Notes under the pieces: generated by a model
What the model was told of the DNA's origin: nothing
Database searches by the model: none
The model's input: the letters and a program-made list of their open reading frames with translations, nothing else
Shown: positions 46,531 to 56,424 of the stretch, one piece after another
Numbering within the stretch: the first letter of the stretch is position 1
Layout of the letters: the number at the start of each line of letters is the position of its first letter
Translations under genes and position numbers: made by a program
Source: an uncultured Acidimicrobiaceae bacterium
GTDB lineage: Bacteria; Actinomycetota; Acidimicrobiia; Spongiisociales; UBA5794
Direction of reading: 5' to 3'
DNA: 64,000 bases
NCBI GenBank assembly: GCA_964584755.1
Contig: CAZPAV010000008.1
Span: 2,570-66,569 of the forward strand

Positions 46531-48480
46531 ATGTTGCCGACCTATCACGGCCTCGACGCCGAGCGCATCGACGCCACCGTGGACGGAGCCCTCGCCGATG
46601 CCGAGCGGCTCGTCGAGTCCGTGGAACGTCACCGCGGGGAGCGGACGTACGCGAACACCATGGCTCCACTCGACCGCGTCGGCCTCCTCCTCGGAGACGC
46701 GTACGGCTCGGGGGCGTTCCTCGCCCGCGTCCACCCGGACCCGGAGGTCCGCGGCCGGGCGAGCGCGGCGGGGGAGCGCCTCGAGAAGTGGGGCGCCGAC
46801 GTCGTCTTCCGGGAGGCCCTGGCCCAGGCGATCCGTGCCTACGCGGCCACGGGCGAGGCGGCGGCGCTCACCGGTCTCCGCCGCCGGGCGCTCGAGTTCT
46901 GGCTCCGGGACCTCCGCCGCGCCGGGCACGAGCTGTCCGCGGAGGCGCAGGCGGAGCTCCGGGCCCTGCGGGCCCGTCTCGTCGAGCTGGAGACCGCCTT
47001 CGCCCGCAACCTCGACGCCTGGGAGGACGCCATCGAGGTGAGCCGGGAGGAGCTCGCCGGCCTGCCCGACCGCTACGTCGAGCGCCTCACCCCCGGGTCG
47101 GCGCCGGGAACGTTCCGGGTCACGATGGCGTACCCCGACTACCTGCCCTTCATGGAGCAGGCCCGCCACCGCGAGCTGCGCCGCGAGCTCCAGCGCCGGT
47201 TCTGGAACCGGGCCGGCGACGAGAACACCGAGCTCCTCACCGAGGCCGTCCGGGTCCGCTCCCGGATCGCGCGTCTCCTCGGGCACCGGACGTGGGCCGA
47301 TCACGCCATGGAGGTGCGCATGGCCGACCCTCCCGGTGTCGCCGCCTTCTACGAGCGTCTCGTCCCGGCCCTCACCCGCCGGGCCCACGAGGAGAAGGCC
47401 GCCCTCGAGCGCCTCCTCGAGGAGGACGTCCCCGGCGCCACGCTCCAGCCGTGGGACTGGGCGTACTACGACACGCTGCAGCGGCGACGCGAGCACGGCA
47501 TCGACCCGACCGAGGTGGCGGCGTACTTCCCGCTCGAGCGCGTCCTCGACGGCCTGTTCTCGGTCACCGGAGAGGTGTTCGGCCTCGAGTACCGGCCGGT
47601 GCCCGACGCCTCCGTCTGGCACGAGGACGTCGTCGTGTACGAGATCCGCGACGCGGGGTCGCCCCGGCCGCGGGCCTACGTGTACTTCGATCTCTTCCCC
47701 CGTGAGGGGAAGTACGGCCACGCCGCCTGCTTCCCGCTGGTGCGCGGCCACCGCCGCGACGACGGGACGTACCGTCCGCCGGCGGCGGCGATCGTGGCGA
47801 ACTTCACCGCCCCCACGAAGACGGTGCCGTCGCTGCTCGAGCACGGCGAGGCCGTCACCCTCTTCCACGAGTTCGGTCACGCCCTCCACTTCGGGCTCAC
47901 CGAGGTCGACCACCCCCGGTTCTCGGGGTACGACACGGAGATGGACTTCGTCGAGGCGCCCTCGCAGATCATGGAGAACTGGATGTGGGAGCCCGAGGTC
48001 CTGGGCCGCTTCGCCCGGCACCACGTCACCGGAGAGCCCATCCCCGAGGACCTCGTCCGTCGCCTCGTGGCCGCCCGGGACCAGAACGTGGCCCTGAAGA
48101 CGCTGCGGCAGGTGTTCCTGGGCCGCCTCGACCTCGCCCTGCACGGGGAACGGCCCCCGACCCCCGACGCGGCGTATCGGTGGGCCTGGCAGACGACGCT
48201 GCTCCCCTTCCACGAGGGCACACGCTTCCCGGCGGGCTTCGGCCACCTCATGGGAGGGTACGACGCCGGCTACTACGGCTACCTCTGGGCCCGCGTCTAC
48301 GGGGACGACATGTTCTCGCGCTTCGCCGCCGAAGGTGTCCTCTCCCCCCGGACCGGGCGTCGCTACCGTCGCGAGATCCTCGCCACGGGGTCCTCACGCG
48401 ACGCCATCGAGCACGTCCGGGCCTTCCTCGGTCGGGAGCCGAGCCCCGACGCCTTCCTGCGCCGGCTCGGGATCAGCTGA
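46531..48480 (+). CDS. M3-family zinc metallopeptidase (oligopeptidase A/Dcp-like)
   Basis: The HEFGHALH zinc motif and M3 architecture. Confidence 0.85.
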   Translation: MLPTYHGLDAERIDATVDGALADAERLVESVERHRGERTYANTMAPLDRVGLLLGDAYGSGAFLARVHPDPEVRGRASAAGERLEKWGADVVFREALAQAIRAYAATGEAAALTGLRRRALEFWLRDLRRAGHELSAEAQAELRALRARLVELETAFARNLDAWEDAIEVSREELAGLPDRYVERLTPGSAPGTFRVTMAYPDYLPFMEQARHRELRRELQRRFWNRAGDENTELLTEAVRVRSRIARLLGHRTWADHAMEVRMADPPGVAAFYERLVPALTRRAHEEKAALERLLEEDVPGATLQPWDWAYYDTLQRRREHGIDPTEVAAYFPLERVLDGLFSVTGEVFGLEYRPVPDASVWHEDVVVYEIRDAGSPRPRAYVYFDLFPREGKYGHAACFPLVRGHRRDDGTYRPPAAAIVANFTAPTKTVPSLLEHGEAVTLFHEFGHALHFGLTEVDHPRFSGYDTEMDFVEAPSQIMENWMWEPEVLGRFARHHVTGEPIPEDLVRRLVAARDQNVALKTLRQVFLGRLDLALHGERPPTPDAAYRWAWQTTLLPFHEGTRFPAGFGHLMGGYDAGYYGYLWARVYGDDMFSRFAAEGVLSPRTGRRYRREILATGSSRDAIEHVRAFLGREPSPDAFLRRLGIS

Positions 48481-49258
48481 TCTCGCGCAGCAGGCCGCCG
48501 TCGACCTGGAGCGCCGCCCCGGTGACGTAGGAGGCGGCGTCGGAGAGGAGGAAGACCGCGGCGGCGGCGAACTCTTCGGGTCGACCGTACCGTCCCAACG
48601 GGATCCGGGCCGTGCGGCGTCGGGCCGCCTCCTCGAGGGTGATCCCCTCGCTCGTCGCCATGTGCTCGTCGAGGGACCGGACCCGCTCGGTGGCGATGAT
48701 CCCGGGCACGAGGTGGTTGACCCGGATGCCCGCCGGGGCCCACTCGTCGGCGAGGAGCTTGGCGAGCGCCGTCACCCCGGGACGGAAGATCGTCGAGAGC
48801 GCCAGGGTGCCGAACGGCTCCCGCACCGAGACGGAGGTCATGAAGAGCATCGCCCCGCCCCGGGTGAGGTGGGGACGCGCGTAGCGGGCGAACGCCAGGG
48901 CGGAGCGGAGCGTGAGGCGGTAGGCGCGGTCCCAGGCCTCCTCGTCCACCTCGGCGAAGGCCCCCGGTGGGGGCCCGCCGGCGTTCGGCACGACGAGGTC
49001 GAGGCCGCCCCAGCGCGCGGCGACGCCGTCCAGCCAGGCACGGATCCGGGAACCGTCGGCCACGTCGACCGCGGCGCCGGCCACCTCGGCGCCGGTCTCG
49101 TCGGCGATGCGTCGGGCCGCGGCGTCGACGCGCTCCTCCGACCGTGAGCAGATCGCCACGCGGCACCCCTCCGCCGCCAGCGCCCGGGCGATGGCGTAGC
49201 CGAGCCCCTGGGACGCGCCCGCCACCACGGCGCGCCTGCCTGCCAGACCGAGATCCAC
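48473..49258 (-). CDS. SDR-family oxidoreductase
   Basis: VVAGASQGLGYAIA (TGxxxGxG) and the catalytic S...YxxxK region. The GTG start is at 49258. Confidence 0.8.
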   Translation of the reverse strand: MDLGLAGRRAVVAGASQGLGYAIARALAAEGCRVAICSRSEERVDAAARRIADETGAEVAGAAVDVADGSRIRAWLDGVAARWGGLDLVVPNAGGPPPGAFAEVDEEAWDRAYRLTLRSALAFARYARPHLTRGGAMLFMTSVSVREPFGTLALSTIFRPGVTALAKLLADEWAPAGIRVNHLVPGIIATERVRSLDEHMATSEGITLEEAARRRTARIPLGRYGRPEEFAAAAVFLLSDAASYVTGAALQVDGGLLREIS

Positions 49259-49296
49259 CGGTACACCTCCTCCTCGACGGTTCCCCGGAGTATGGC

Positions 49297-50659
49297 TCAC
49301 TCCAGGAGCCGTCGGGCCGCGATCCGATCCGGCTTCCCGTTCGGCAGCGTCGGGAGCTCCGGGACGAGGCGCCACCGCTTCGGGACCGCGTACCCGGGGA
49401 GCCGCTCCCGCGCGTGACGCCGCAGGGCCCCCTCGTCGAGGTCCGTCCCGGCGACGACGGCGGCGAGCACGCTCCCCCATTCCTCGTCGGCCACACCCGC
49501 GACGACGGCCCCCGTCACGCCAGGGTGCTCCTCGAGTACCGCCGCGACCGCCTGGGGATGGACGTTCTCCCCGCCGGTGACGACGACGTCGTCGACCCGC
49601 CCGAGCGGGACGAGGCGACCTCGATCGTCGAACCGTCCCAGGTCGCCGGTCCGGTGGGGCCCGTGGCGGGGGGCGGCATCGACGTACCCCGGGGAGACGG
49701 CGGGACCGTCCACGACGATCTCCCCGACGGTCCCCGCCGGGACCGGGTCCCCGTCCCCGTCCACGAGGTGCACCTCCATCCCCTCCAGGGGCCGACCCAC
49801 CGTCCCGAGCTCCTCCCGCTCGCGCCCCGGGGTCACCGTCGCCACCTGGGCGCAGGTCTCGGTCATGCCGTACGTGGCGAGGATCGGCAACCCGGCGTCG
49901 AGCCCACGACGGACGAGCGCCACGGGCGCCGGAGCTCCACCCAACAACACGCCGGTGACACCGCGGTAGGGGCCGGGGTGCGCGGCGAGGACCCGGCGCA
50001 GCATGGTGGGAACGAGGCTGGCGAAATCCACCGCTCCGGCGGCGAGGGCGGCGGCGACCCGTTCGGGGCGGAACCGATCGTGGACGACGACGGTTCCGCC
50101 GGCGGCCGCGCTACGCCACAGGATGGCGAGGCCGCCCACGTGGAACAGGGGCAGGACGAGGAGCCACCGGTCGTCCGCGTCGTTGCCCAGCCGCGCCTGC
50201 GAGGCGGCGACCGCCGCCGTCACGTTGTCCCGGGTGAGGAGGACCCCCCGGGGCCGCCCGCCGGATCCCGACGTGAAGACGATGCTGTGCGCCGCGCCGG
50301 GTGCGGCCCGGCCCTCGGCGCGCGCCGGCGCCATCGGGAGACGGTCGACCACGGTCCGGGTCAGCGAGCCGGCGGCGGTGACGACCGCCGGGTTCGCCGG
50401 GTCGACGAGCACGGCCGTCGCCCCGATGCGCCACACGGCCCACAACGTCGCGATCCCCGCCGGGTCGGGAACCGGCGTCACCGCGACGCGTCGGTTCGGT
50501 CCCTCCGGCAACCGGTCACGGAGCGTCGCGGCCATGCGGCCGACCCGCTCGTCGAGCTCGGCGTACGTCAGCGTCTCGCCGTCGCAGCCCTCCACCGCCG
50601 GCGCGTGGGGACGGCCGGCGGCGGCGACGGCGACGGGATCGAGGGGGGCGGCGTCCATC
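49297..50659 (-). CDS. menE: o-succinylbenzoate-CoA ligase
   Basis: An AMP-binding motif (TSGSGGRPRGV), a short length of about 454 aa, and adjacency to menB. Confidence 0.7.
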
Positions 50660-50698
50660 GCGATCACTACAGTATCGGGCCGCCGACGCGGAGGAACC

Positions 50699-51589
50699 GT
50701 GGTCTCCGAGATCTTCGACCCCGACGCCTGGGACGAGGTCCCCGGTTTCGCGTTCACCGACATCACGTACCACCGGGCGAAGGACGTCGGCGCGGTGCGC
50801 GTCGCCTTCGATCGACCCGAGGTCCGCAACGCGTTCCGTCCCCACACCGTCGACGAGCTCTTCAGTGCGCTCGACCACGCCCGGACGACGCCCGACGTGG
50901 GCTGCGTGCTCCTCACCGGGAACGGTCCCTCCCCCAAGGACGGAGGATGGGCCTTCTGCTCCGGCGGGGACCAGCGCATCCGGGGAGCCGACGGGTACCG
51001 CTACGAGGGGGCGGAGGGCATCGACCCGGCCCGACTCGGCCGGCTCCACATCCTCGAGGTGCAGCGGCTCATCCGCTTCATGCCGAAGGTCGTGATCGCG
51101 GTCGTCCCGGGCTGGGCCGTGGGCGGGGGCCACAGCCTCCACGTCGTCTGCGACCTGACCATCGCCTCCCGCCAGCACGCCCGCTTCAAGCAGACCGACC
51201 CGGACGTGGCGTCCTTCGACGGCGGGTACGGCTCGGCCCTGCTCGCCCGCCAGGTCGGACAGAAGCGGGCCCGGGAGATCTTCTTCCTCGGTCACGAGTA
51301 CACCGCCGAGGAGGCCCAGGCCATGGGGATGGTCAACGCGGTCGTGGACCACGCCGAGCTCGAGTCCGTGGCGCTCGCCTGGGCGAGGGAGATCGTCAAC
51401 AAGAGCCCCACGGCGCAGCGCATGCTGAAGTACGCGTTCAACCTGCCCGACGACGGGCTCGTCGGGCAGCAGCTCTTCGCCGGCGAGGCGACCCGTCTCG
51501 CCTACGGCACCGCCGAGGCCGAGGAGGGCCGGAACGCGTTCCTCGAGAAGCGTCCCCAGGACTTCACCCGTTTCCCCTGGCACTTCTGA
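50699..51589 (+). CDS. menB: 1,4-dihydroxy-2-naphthoyl-CoA synthase
   Basis: A crotonase fold with the MenB-specific ...CSGGDQRIRG... and a C-terminal FPW. The GTG start has GGAGGAAC upstream. Confidence 0.85.
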   Translation: MVSEIFDPDAWDEVPGFAFTDITYHRAKDVGAVRVAFDRPEVRNAFRPHTVDELFSALDHARTTPDVGCVLLTGNGPSPKDGGWAFCSGGDQRIRGADGYRYEGAEGIDPARLGRLHILEVQRLIRFMPKVVIAVVPGWAVGGGHSLHVVCDLTIASRQHARFKQTDPDVASFDGGYGSALLARQVGQKRAREIFFLGHEYTAEEAQAMGMVNAVVDHAELESVALAWAREIVNKSPTAQRMLKYAFNLPDDGLVGQQLFAGEATRLAYGTAEAEEGRNAFLEKRPQDFTRFPWHF

Positions 51590-51590
51590 G

Positions 51591-52490
51591 GTGTCCGAGC
51601 CGACGAACCCCTGGATCCTCGCGGCCCGCCCCGCGACCCTGCCGGCGGCGGCGGCTCCGGTCGTCGTCGCCTCGGCGCTGGCCGCCTCCGCCGGGGTCTT
51701 CCGTCTCGACGGATTCCTGGTGACGCTCTTCGCCGCCCTCATGATCCAGGTCGGCGTGAACTACGCCAACGACCTCGCCGACGCCGAACACGGTGCGGAC
51801 ACCGGGGCGCGGATCGGACCCACCCGCGCCGTCGCGGCCGGGCTCCTCTCCCCCGCGGCGATGCGCCGGGGCACCGCCGCGGCGTTCGGCGCCGCCGCGC
51901 TCGCCGGGACGTACCTCGTCTGGCTCGGCGGATGGGTCATCCTCGTCATCGGGGTCCTCTCCATCCTCGCCGCCCTCGCCTACACGGCCGGACCCTTCCC
52001 CTACGGCTACCACGGCCTCGGAGAGGTGTTCGTGTTCCTGTTCTTCGGTCTCGCCGCCACCGCCGGCACCTACTGGGTGTACGACCGGAGCGCCCCGGCG
52101 CCGGTGTGGTGGGCCGGCGTCGTCATGGGGCTGCTCGCCGCGGCGATCCTCGTGGCGAACAACGTCCGCGATCTCGAGACGGACCGCGCCGCGGGGAAGC
52201 GGACCCTCGCCGTCCTCCTCGGTCCGCGGGGAGGACGGTGGCTCTACGCGACGCTGCTCCTCGGCGCCTTCCTCGCGATCCCGGTGGCGGTGCTCACCGG
52301 CACGTTCGGACGGTGGATGCTCCTGGCGCTCGCCGCCGTTCCCTACGGGGTCCTGCTCGCCCTCACCCTCTTCCGGGAGACCGCGGGACCGCCGCTCGTC
52401 GCCGTGCTCAAGGGAACCGCCCGGATCCAGCTCGTCGTCGCCCTCCTCCTCGCCGCCGGCGCGCTCGCCGGGCGACCCCCGGTCGGGTGA
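51591..52490 (+). CDS. menA: 1,4-dihydroxy-2-naphthoate polyprenyltransferase
   Basis: A UbiA-family membrane protein with an NDxxDxxxD motif (VNYANDLADAEHG). Confidence 0.8.
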   Translation: MSEPTNPWILAARPATLPAAAAPVVVASALAASAGVFRLDGFLVTLFAALMIQVGVNYANDLADAEHGADTGARIGPTRAVAAGLLSPAAMRRGTAAAFGAAALAGTYLVWLGGWVILVIGVLSILAALAYTAGPFPYGYHGLGEVFVFLFFGLAATAGTYWVYDRSAPAPVWWAGVVMGLLAAAILVANNVRDLETDRAAGKRTLAVLLGPRGGRWLYATLLLGAFLAIPVAVLTGTFGRWMLLALAAVPYGVLLALTLFRETAGPPLVAVLKGTARIQLVVALLLAAGALAGRPPVG

Positions 52491-52578
52491 GGACGAACCG
52501 TCGGATCGGGCCGTCGCCGGGGAACCCGCGGGGACCGGACGGACGCGACGGGGGCGCCGCGTCCTAAGCTCGCCCCCC

Positions 52579-54249
52579 GTGACCGATCCCGCCGTCGCGT
52601 TCACCACGCGCCTCGTCGCCGCGCTCGCCGACCTCGGCCTTCGCCACGCGGTCGTCTCCCCGGGCTCGCGCAACACGCCGCTCACCCTCGCCTTCGCCAT
52701 CGAGCCCCGCGTCGCCACCCACGTCGTCCACGACGAGCGCTCGGCGGCGTTCCTCGCCCTCGGCATCGCCAAGGCGAGCGGCGTTCCTCCGGCGCTGCTG
52801 TGCACCTCGGGCACCGCCGCCGCCCACTACCTCCCCGCCCTCGTCGAGGCCCGGCACGGTCGCGTGCCGCTGCTGGCGGTCACCGCCGACCGACCTCCCG
52901 AGCTGCGCGGTACGGGCGCCCCCCAGACGATCGACCAGGTGGGCCTGTACGGCGCGGCCGTCAAGCGGAGCCTCGACGTCGGGGTCCCCGACACGATCCT
53001 CGCCGCCCGGGCGCCGGCGCTGGCCCTGCAGGCCTGGGCGCCGGCCGTCGACGACCCGGCCGGTCCGGTCCACCTCGACCTCCCCTTCCGGGAGCCTTTC
53101 CCCATCCCCGAGCGTCCTGCGGCGGCCACGGGCGTCGCCCACGTCCCGGCACCCGCCACACTGGCACCGGAGGACCTGGCCGACCTGGGGAGGCGCCTCG
53201 GGGGACGACGTGTCCTCCTCGTCGCCGGCGGCCGGCAGCGCCCCGGCTTCGGCGCGGCCGCGGCGATGCTCGCCGGTGAGGCCGCCTTCCCGGTCCTCGC
53301 CGATCCCCAGTGCCGCTTCCCCTCCCCGGTGACGATCCCCCACGCGGACCTGCTCGTCTCCGCCGGCCTCCTCGACCGGCTCACGCCGGATCTCGTGCTC
53401 CGGGTCGGGCCCATCCCCACCGCCAAGGCGGTGTGGCGATGGCTCGAGACCCACGCCGGCCCCCAGCTCCTCCTCGACGACGGTGACCGGGCCGATCCTC
53501 TGGGCACGGCGTCGGTCTGGTACCGGGCCGATCCGGCGACGACGCTCGCCGGACTCGCCGGACGGGTCGAGCCCGCTCCCGCCGACTGGCTGCGCGCCTG
53601 GCAGGAGGCGTCGGCCACCGCAGGCGACGCGATCGCCGCCGTGCTCGCCGACGAGCCCTTCCCGAACGAGCCCATGGCGGCCCGCACCGTGTGGCGGGCG
53701 ACGCCGCCGGAGGCCATCCTCTACGTCGGCTCCTCCCTCCCCATCCGCCACGTCGACGCCTTCACCGCCGCCGGCACCGGCGGCGCTGCGGAGCTCCTCG
53801 CCCACCGCGGCGCCAACGGCATCGACGGTCTCCTCTCAGCGGCCGCGGGGGCGGCCCTGACGGGACGTCCCGTGGTCGTGCTCGCCGGGGATCTCTCCGT
53901 CCTCCACGACGCCACCGCCCTGGGGATCCTCGCCCGAGAGGCACTCCCGGTCACGGTGGTGGTCCTCGACAACGACGGGGGTGGCATCTTCCACCTCCTG
54001 CCGCAGGCCACGGCCCTCCCCCCCGAGGTGTTCGAGCGCTTCTTCGCCACGCCCCACGGCCTCGATCTCGTCGCGATCGCCGCCGCCTACGGGGTTCCGG
54101 CGCGTCGCGTCACCTCCGCGGCGGAGCTCCGCGACGCGGTGGCACACCCCGGGCCGGGACCCCGCCTCCTCGTCGTGCGGACGCAGCGGGAGCGCACCGC
54201 GACGCTCCTCCGACGGATTCGGCAGCGGGTCGCCGCGGCGCTCGTCTGA
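52579..54249 (+). CDS. menD: SEPHCHC synthase (2-succinyl-5-enolpyruvyl-6-hydroxy-3-cyclohexene-1-carboxylate synthase)
   Basis: A TPP enzyme with the MenD N-terminus (AFTTRLVAALADLGLRHAVVSPGSRNTPL) and a GDLSxxHD TPP motif. Confidence 0.8.
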   Translation: MTDPAVAFTTRLVAALADLGLRHAVVSPGSRNTPLTLAFAIEPRVATHVVHDERSAAFLALGIAKASGVPPALLCTSGTAAAHYLPALVEARHGRVPLLAVTADRPPELRGTGAPQTIDQVGLYGAAVKRSLDVGVPDTILAARAPALALQAWAPAVDDPAGPVHLDLPFREPFPIPERPAAATGVAHVPAPATLAPEDLADLGRRLGGRRVLLVAGGRQRPGFGAAAAMLAGEAAFPVLADPQCRFPSPVTIPHADLLVSAGLLDRLTPDLVLRVGPIPTAKAVWRWLETHAGPQLLLDDGDRADPLGTASVWYRADPATTLAGLAGRVEPAPADWLRAWQEASATAGDAIAAVLADEPFPNEPMAARTVWRATPPEAILYVGSSLPIRHVDAFTAAGTGGAAELLAHRGANGIDGLLSAAAGAALTGRPVVVLAGDLSVLHDATALGILAREALPVTVVVLDNDGGGIFHLLPQATALPPEVFERFFATPHGLDLVAIAAAYGVPARRVTSAAELRDAVAHPGPGPRLLVVRTQRERTATLLRRIRQRVAAALV

Positions 54250-54258
54250 GCCCGCCGG

Positions 54259-55944
54259 TCAGATCCGGCACTCGCTCTCCCGCCCCGTGGGGAAGACCGT
54301 GTCGGCCCCGGCATGGAGCACCTCCTGCACCTCGCGTCGGATGGCGGCGAGGTCGGGGATCGGCTTGCCGCGGTGATCCCGCTCCGGGGCGTACTCGGGA
54401 GGCACGAAGCCGACCGTGGCGATGTCGCCGAAGTCGAGCTCGGCGGCGTACCCGACCAGGGTGGGCAGGAGGTCGAGCGGCACGTCGGTCGTCACCGAGG
54501 ACTTCACGGCACGGGCGATGGAGCGGAACCGCCGCAACACCGTGGTCGGCGTGGCCCTGGCGGCCACCGCCTTGAGGAGACACCGCTGGCGCCGCATCCG
54601 GACGTAGTCGCTCGTGCTGTGGCGCTCCCGCACGTACGCCAGCGCCTCGTGGCCGTTGAGGCGGTTCCAGCCGGGCCGGATGTGCACCTCGATCCAGTCC
54701 TCCCCCTCCCGCGCCGGGGAGACCCGGGTGTCGACCGCGCCGCGGGAGTAGACGCGCACCCCCCCGAGGGCGTCGACGAGCCGGACGAACCCGGACATCC
54801 GCACGACGGCGTAGAAGTCGATGTGGAGACCGAGGATCGGCTCGAGCACGTCGCGCAGCGCGGCCGCGCCCGGGTCGACCTCGTCGGGGTAGGTGTCGGT
54901 CCATCCCCGGGTGAAGGGGTAGATGGCGTTGATCTGGTCGGGGAAGCAGTGACAGGTGCGGAACTGGTCGGGTTCCCCGTCGTGGTCGTCGTCCGTCCAC
55001 GTCTTGCGGACGGCGTACGGCGTGAGCCGCTTCTCGAGGTCGACGAAGGCGTCGCCGAACTTGGCGGGGAGGGGGAACCGGACGAGGTTGCGCGGGATCC
55101 CGAAGAGCGCGGCCTTCCCCGTCTCGGTGTTGAACGTCGCCACGTTGATGCTGTCGGCCCGCATGCCGCCGCGTCCCGGGCCGGCGTCGCCCCCGATGAG
55201 CAGGATCGTGATCTGATGGAGCGCCGCGGCCTCCTCGGGATGGAGCATCTCGCCGAGGGAGGGGGTGGAGCGCAACAGGTCGGGACGAATGCGGACCGCC
55301 TCGGGGTCCCCGATCCCGGGGCGGAAGAGGAGGTTGCGCGACGACCGCTCGACGGGCCCGGTCGCTCCGGCTCCCGGCCCCGACGCCGGGTCGGGCACCT
55401 CCGTGGGGACGAGATCCTCCTCGGGGAACGGCGGGGGACGCCGCCCGGCCTCCAGCGGCTCGGGGGCGGCGGCCTCCACCGGCTCGGGGGCGAAGACGCT
55501 CTCGAGCAGGGAGATCCCCTCGAGGCCGTAGGAGGCCGCGACGACGTGGGGAGCGGCGACGGCGACCACGACGAGCGTCATGAGCACGGGCGTCGTCCAC
55601 CACCGGCTCGTCCTCCGCCTCCCGGCCCGGGCGAGCCGGAAGGCGTCACCCACGGCGAAGAGCCGCCAGAGGAGGAGGAGGACGTCGAGGCCGATGAGCG
55701 CCCAGATGACGCGCGGCTGCACGGCGAGCTGGAGGAGGCGGGTGCGTCCGGCCGTGAGCACGTACGCCCCGCCGGTGACGACGAGGAGGATGCCGGGAAC
55801 GAGGAGGAGGAGTCCTCGCCGCGCCCGCCCCGCATACCACTGCCCGGCTCCGGGGAGGAGCGCGGAGAGGAAGGCGGCGAGCACCGGCCGGCGTGCGACC
55901 GGGACGCCCAGCCGGTGCTCGGGTGCGAAGATCGTCCCGCCCAT
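54259..55944 (-). CDS. LytR-CpsA-Psr (LCP) family cell-envelope phosphotransferase
   Basis: An N-terminal TM helix, a Pro-rich linker and an LCP catalytic domain (DSINVATFNTETGKAALFGIPRN...). Confidence 0.75.
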   Translation of the reverse strand: MGGTIFAPEHRLGVPVARRPVLAAFLSALLPGAGQWYAGRARRGLLLLVPGILLVVTGGAYVLTAGRTRLLQLAVQPRVIWALIGLDVLLLLWRLFAVGDAFRLARAGRRRTSRWWTTPVLMTLVVVAVAAPHVVAASYGLEGISLLESVFAPEPVEAAAPEPLEAGRRPPPFPEEDLVPTEVPDPASGPGAGATGPVERSSRNLLFRPGIGDPEAVRIRPDLLRSTPSLGEMLHPEEAAALHQITILLIGGDAGPGRGGMRADSINVATFNTETGKAALFGIPRNLVRFPLPAKFGDAFVDLEKRLTPYAVRKTWTDDDHDGEPDQFRTCHCFPDQINAIYPFTRGWTDTYPDEVDPGAAALRDVLEPILGLHIDFYAVVRMSGFVRLVDALGGVRVYSRGAVDTRVSPAREGEDWIEVHIRPGWNRLNGHEALAYVRERHSTSDYVRMRRQRCLLKAVAARATPTTVLRRFRSIARAVKSSVTTDVPLDLLPTLVGYAAELDFGDIATVGFVPPEYAPERDHRGKPIPDLAAIRREVQEVLHAGADTVFPTGRESECRI

Positions 55945-56024
55945 CTGCCCCCCAAGGGTGACGCGTCCTCCCCGGAACGATAGGACTCCGAGACGGTGAG
56001 GGGGCGCCGGGTAGGATCTCCGCC

Positions 56025-56405
56025 ATGCGACGGGTGCGCTCCGGCTCCCCCTACGAGGAGCGGTACGGTTTCTCCCGGGCCCTGCGGCGGGGCGATCGGG
56101 TGGAGGTCGCGGGGACGGCGCCGATTCCCGCGCCGGGCGAGCCGGTCGCTCCGACCGCGTACGGACAGATGCTCCGCTGCGGGGAGATCGCCCTGGACGC
56201 CCTCGCCGCGCTCGGCGCGGGCCCCGACGACGTGGTCCGGACGCGCATGTTCCTCACCGACCCCGCCGACGCCGACGAGGTGGGCCGGGCCCATCGCGAG
56301 CTCTTCGGCGCGGCGGCTCCGGTGGCGACGATGGTCGTCGTCGCCACCCTCCTCGATCCGGCGTGGCGGGTCGAGCTCGAGGTGGAGGCCGTCGTCGCGT
56401 CGTGA
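56025..56405 (+). CDS. RidA/YjgF-like protein
   Basis: Size and the C-terminal ...MVVVATLLDPAWRVELEVEAV pattern. Confidence 0.55.
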   Translation: MRRVRSGSPYEERYGFSRALRRGDRVEVAGTAPIPAPGEPVAPTAYGQMLRCGEIALDALAALGAGPDDVVRTRMFLTDPADADEVGRAHRELFGAAAPVATMVVVATLLDPAWRVELEVEAVVAS

Positions 56406-56424
56406 CCTCCGCCGGGGGGTTGTC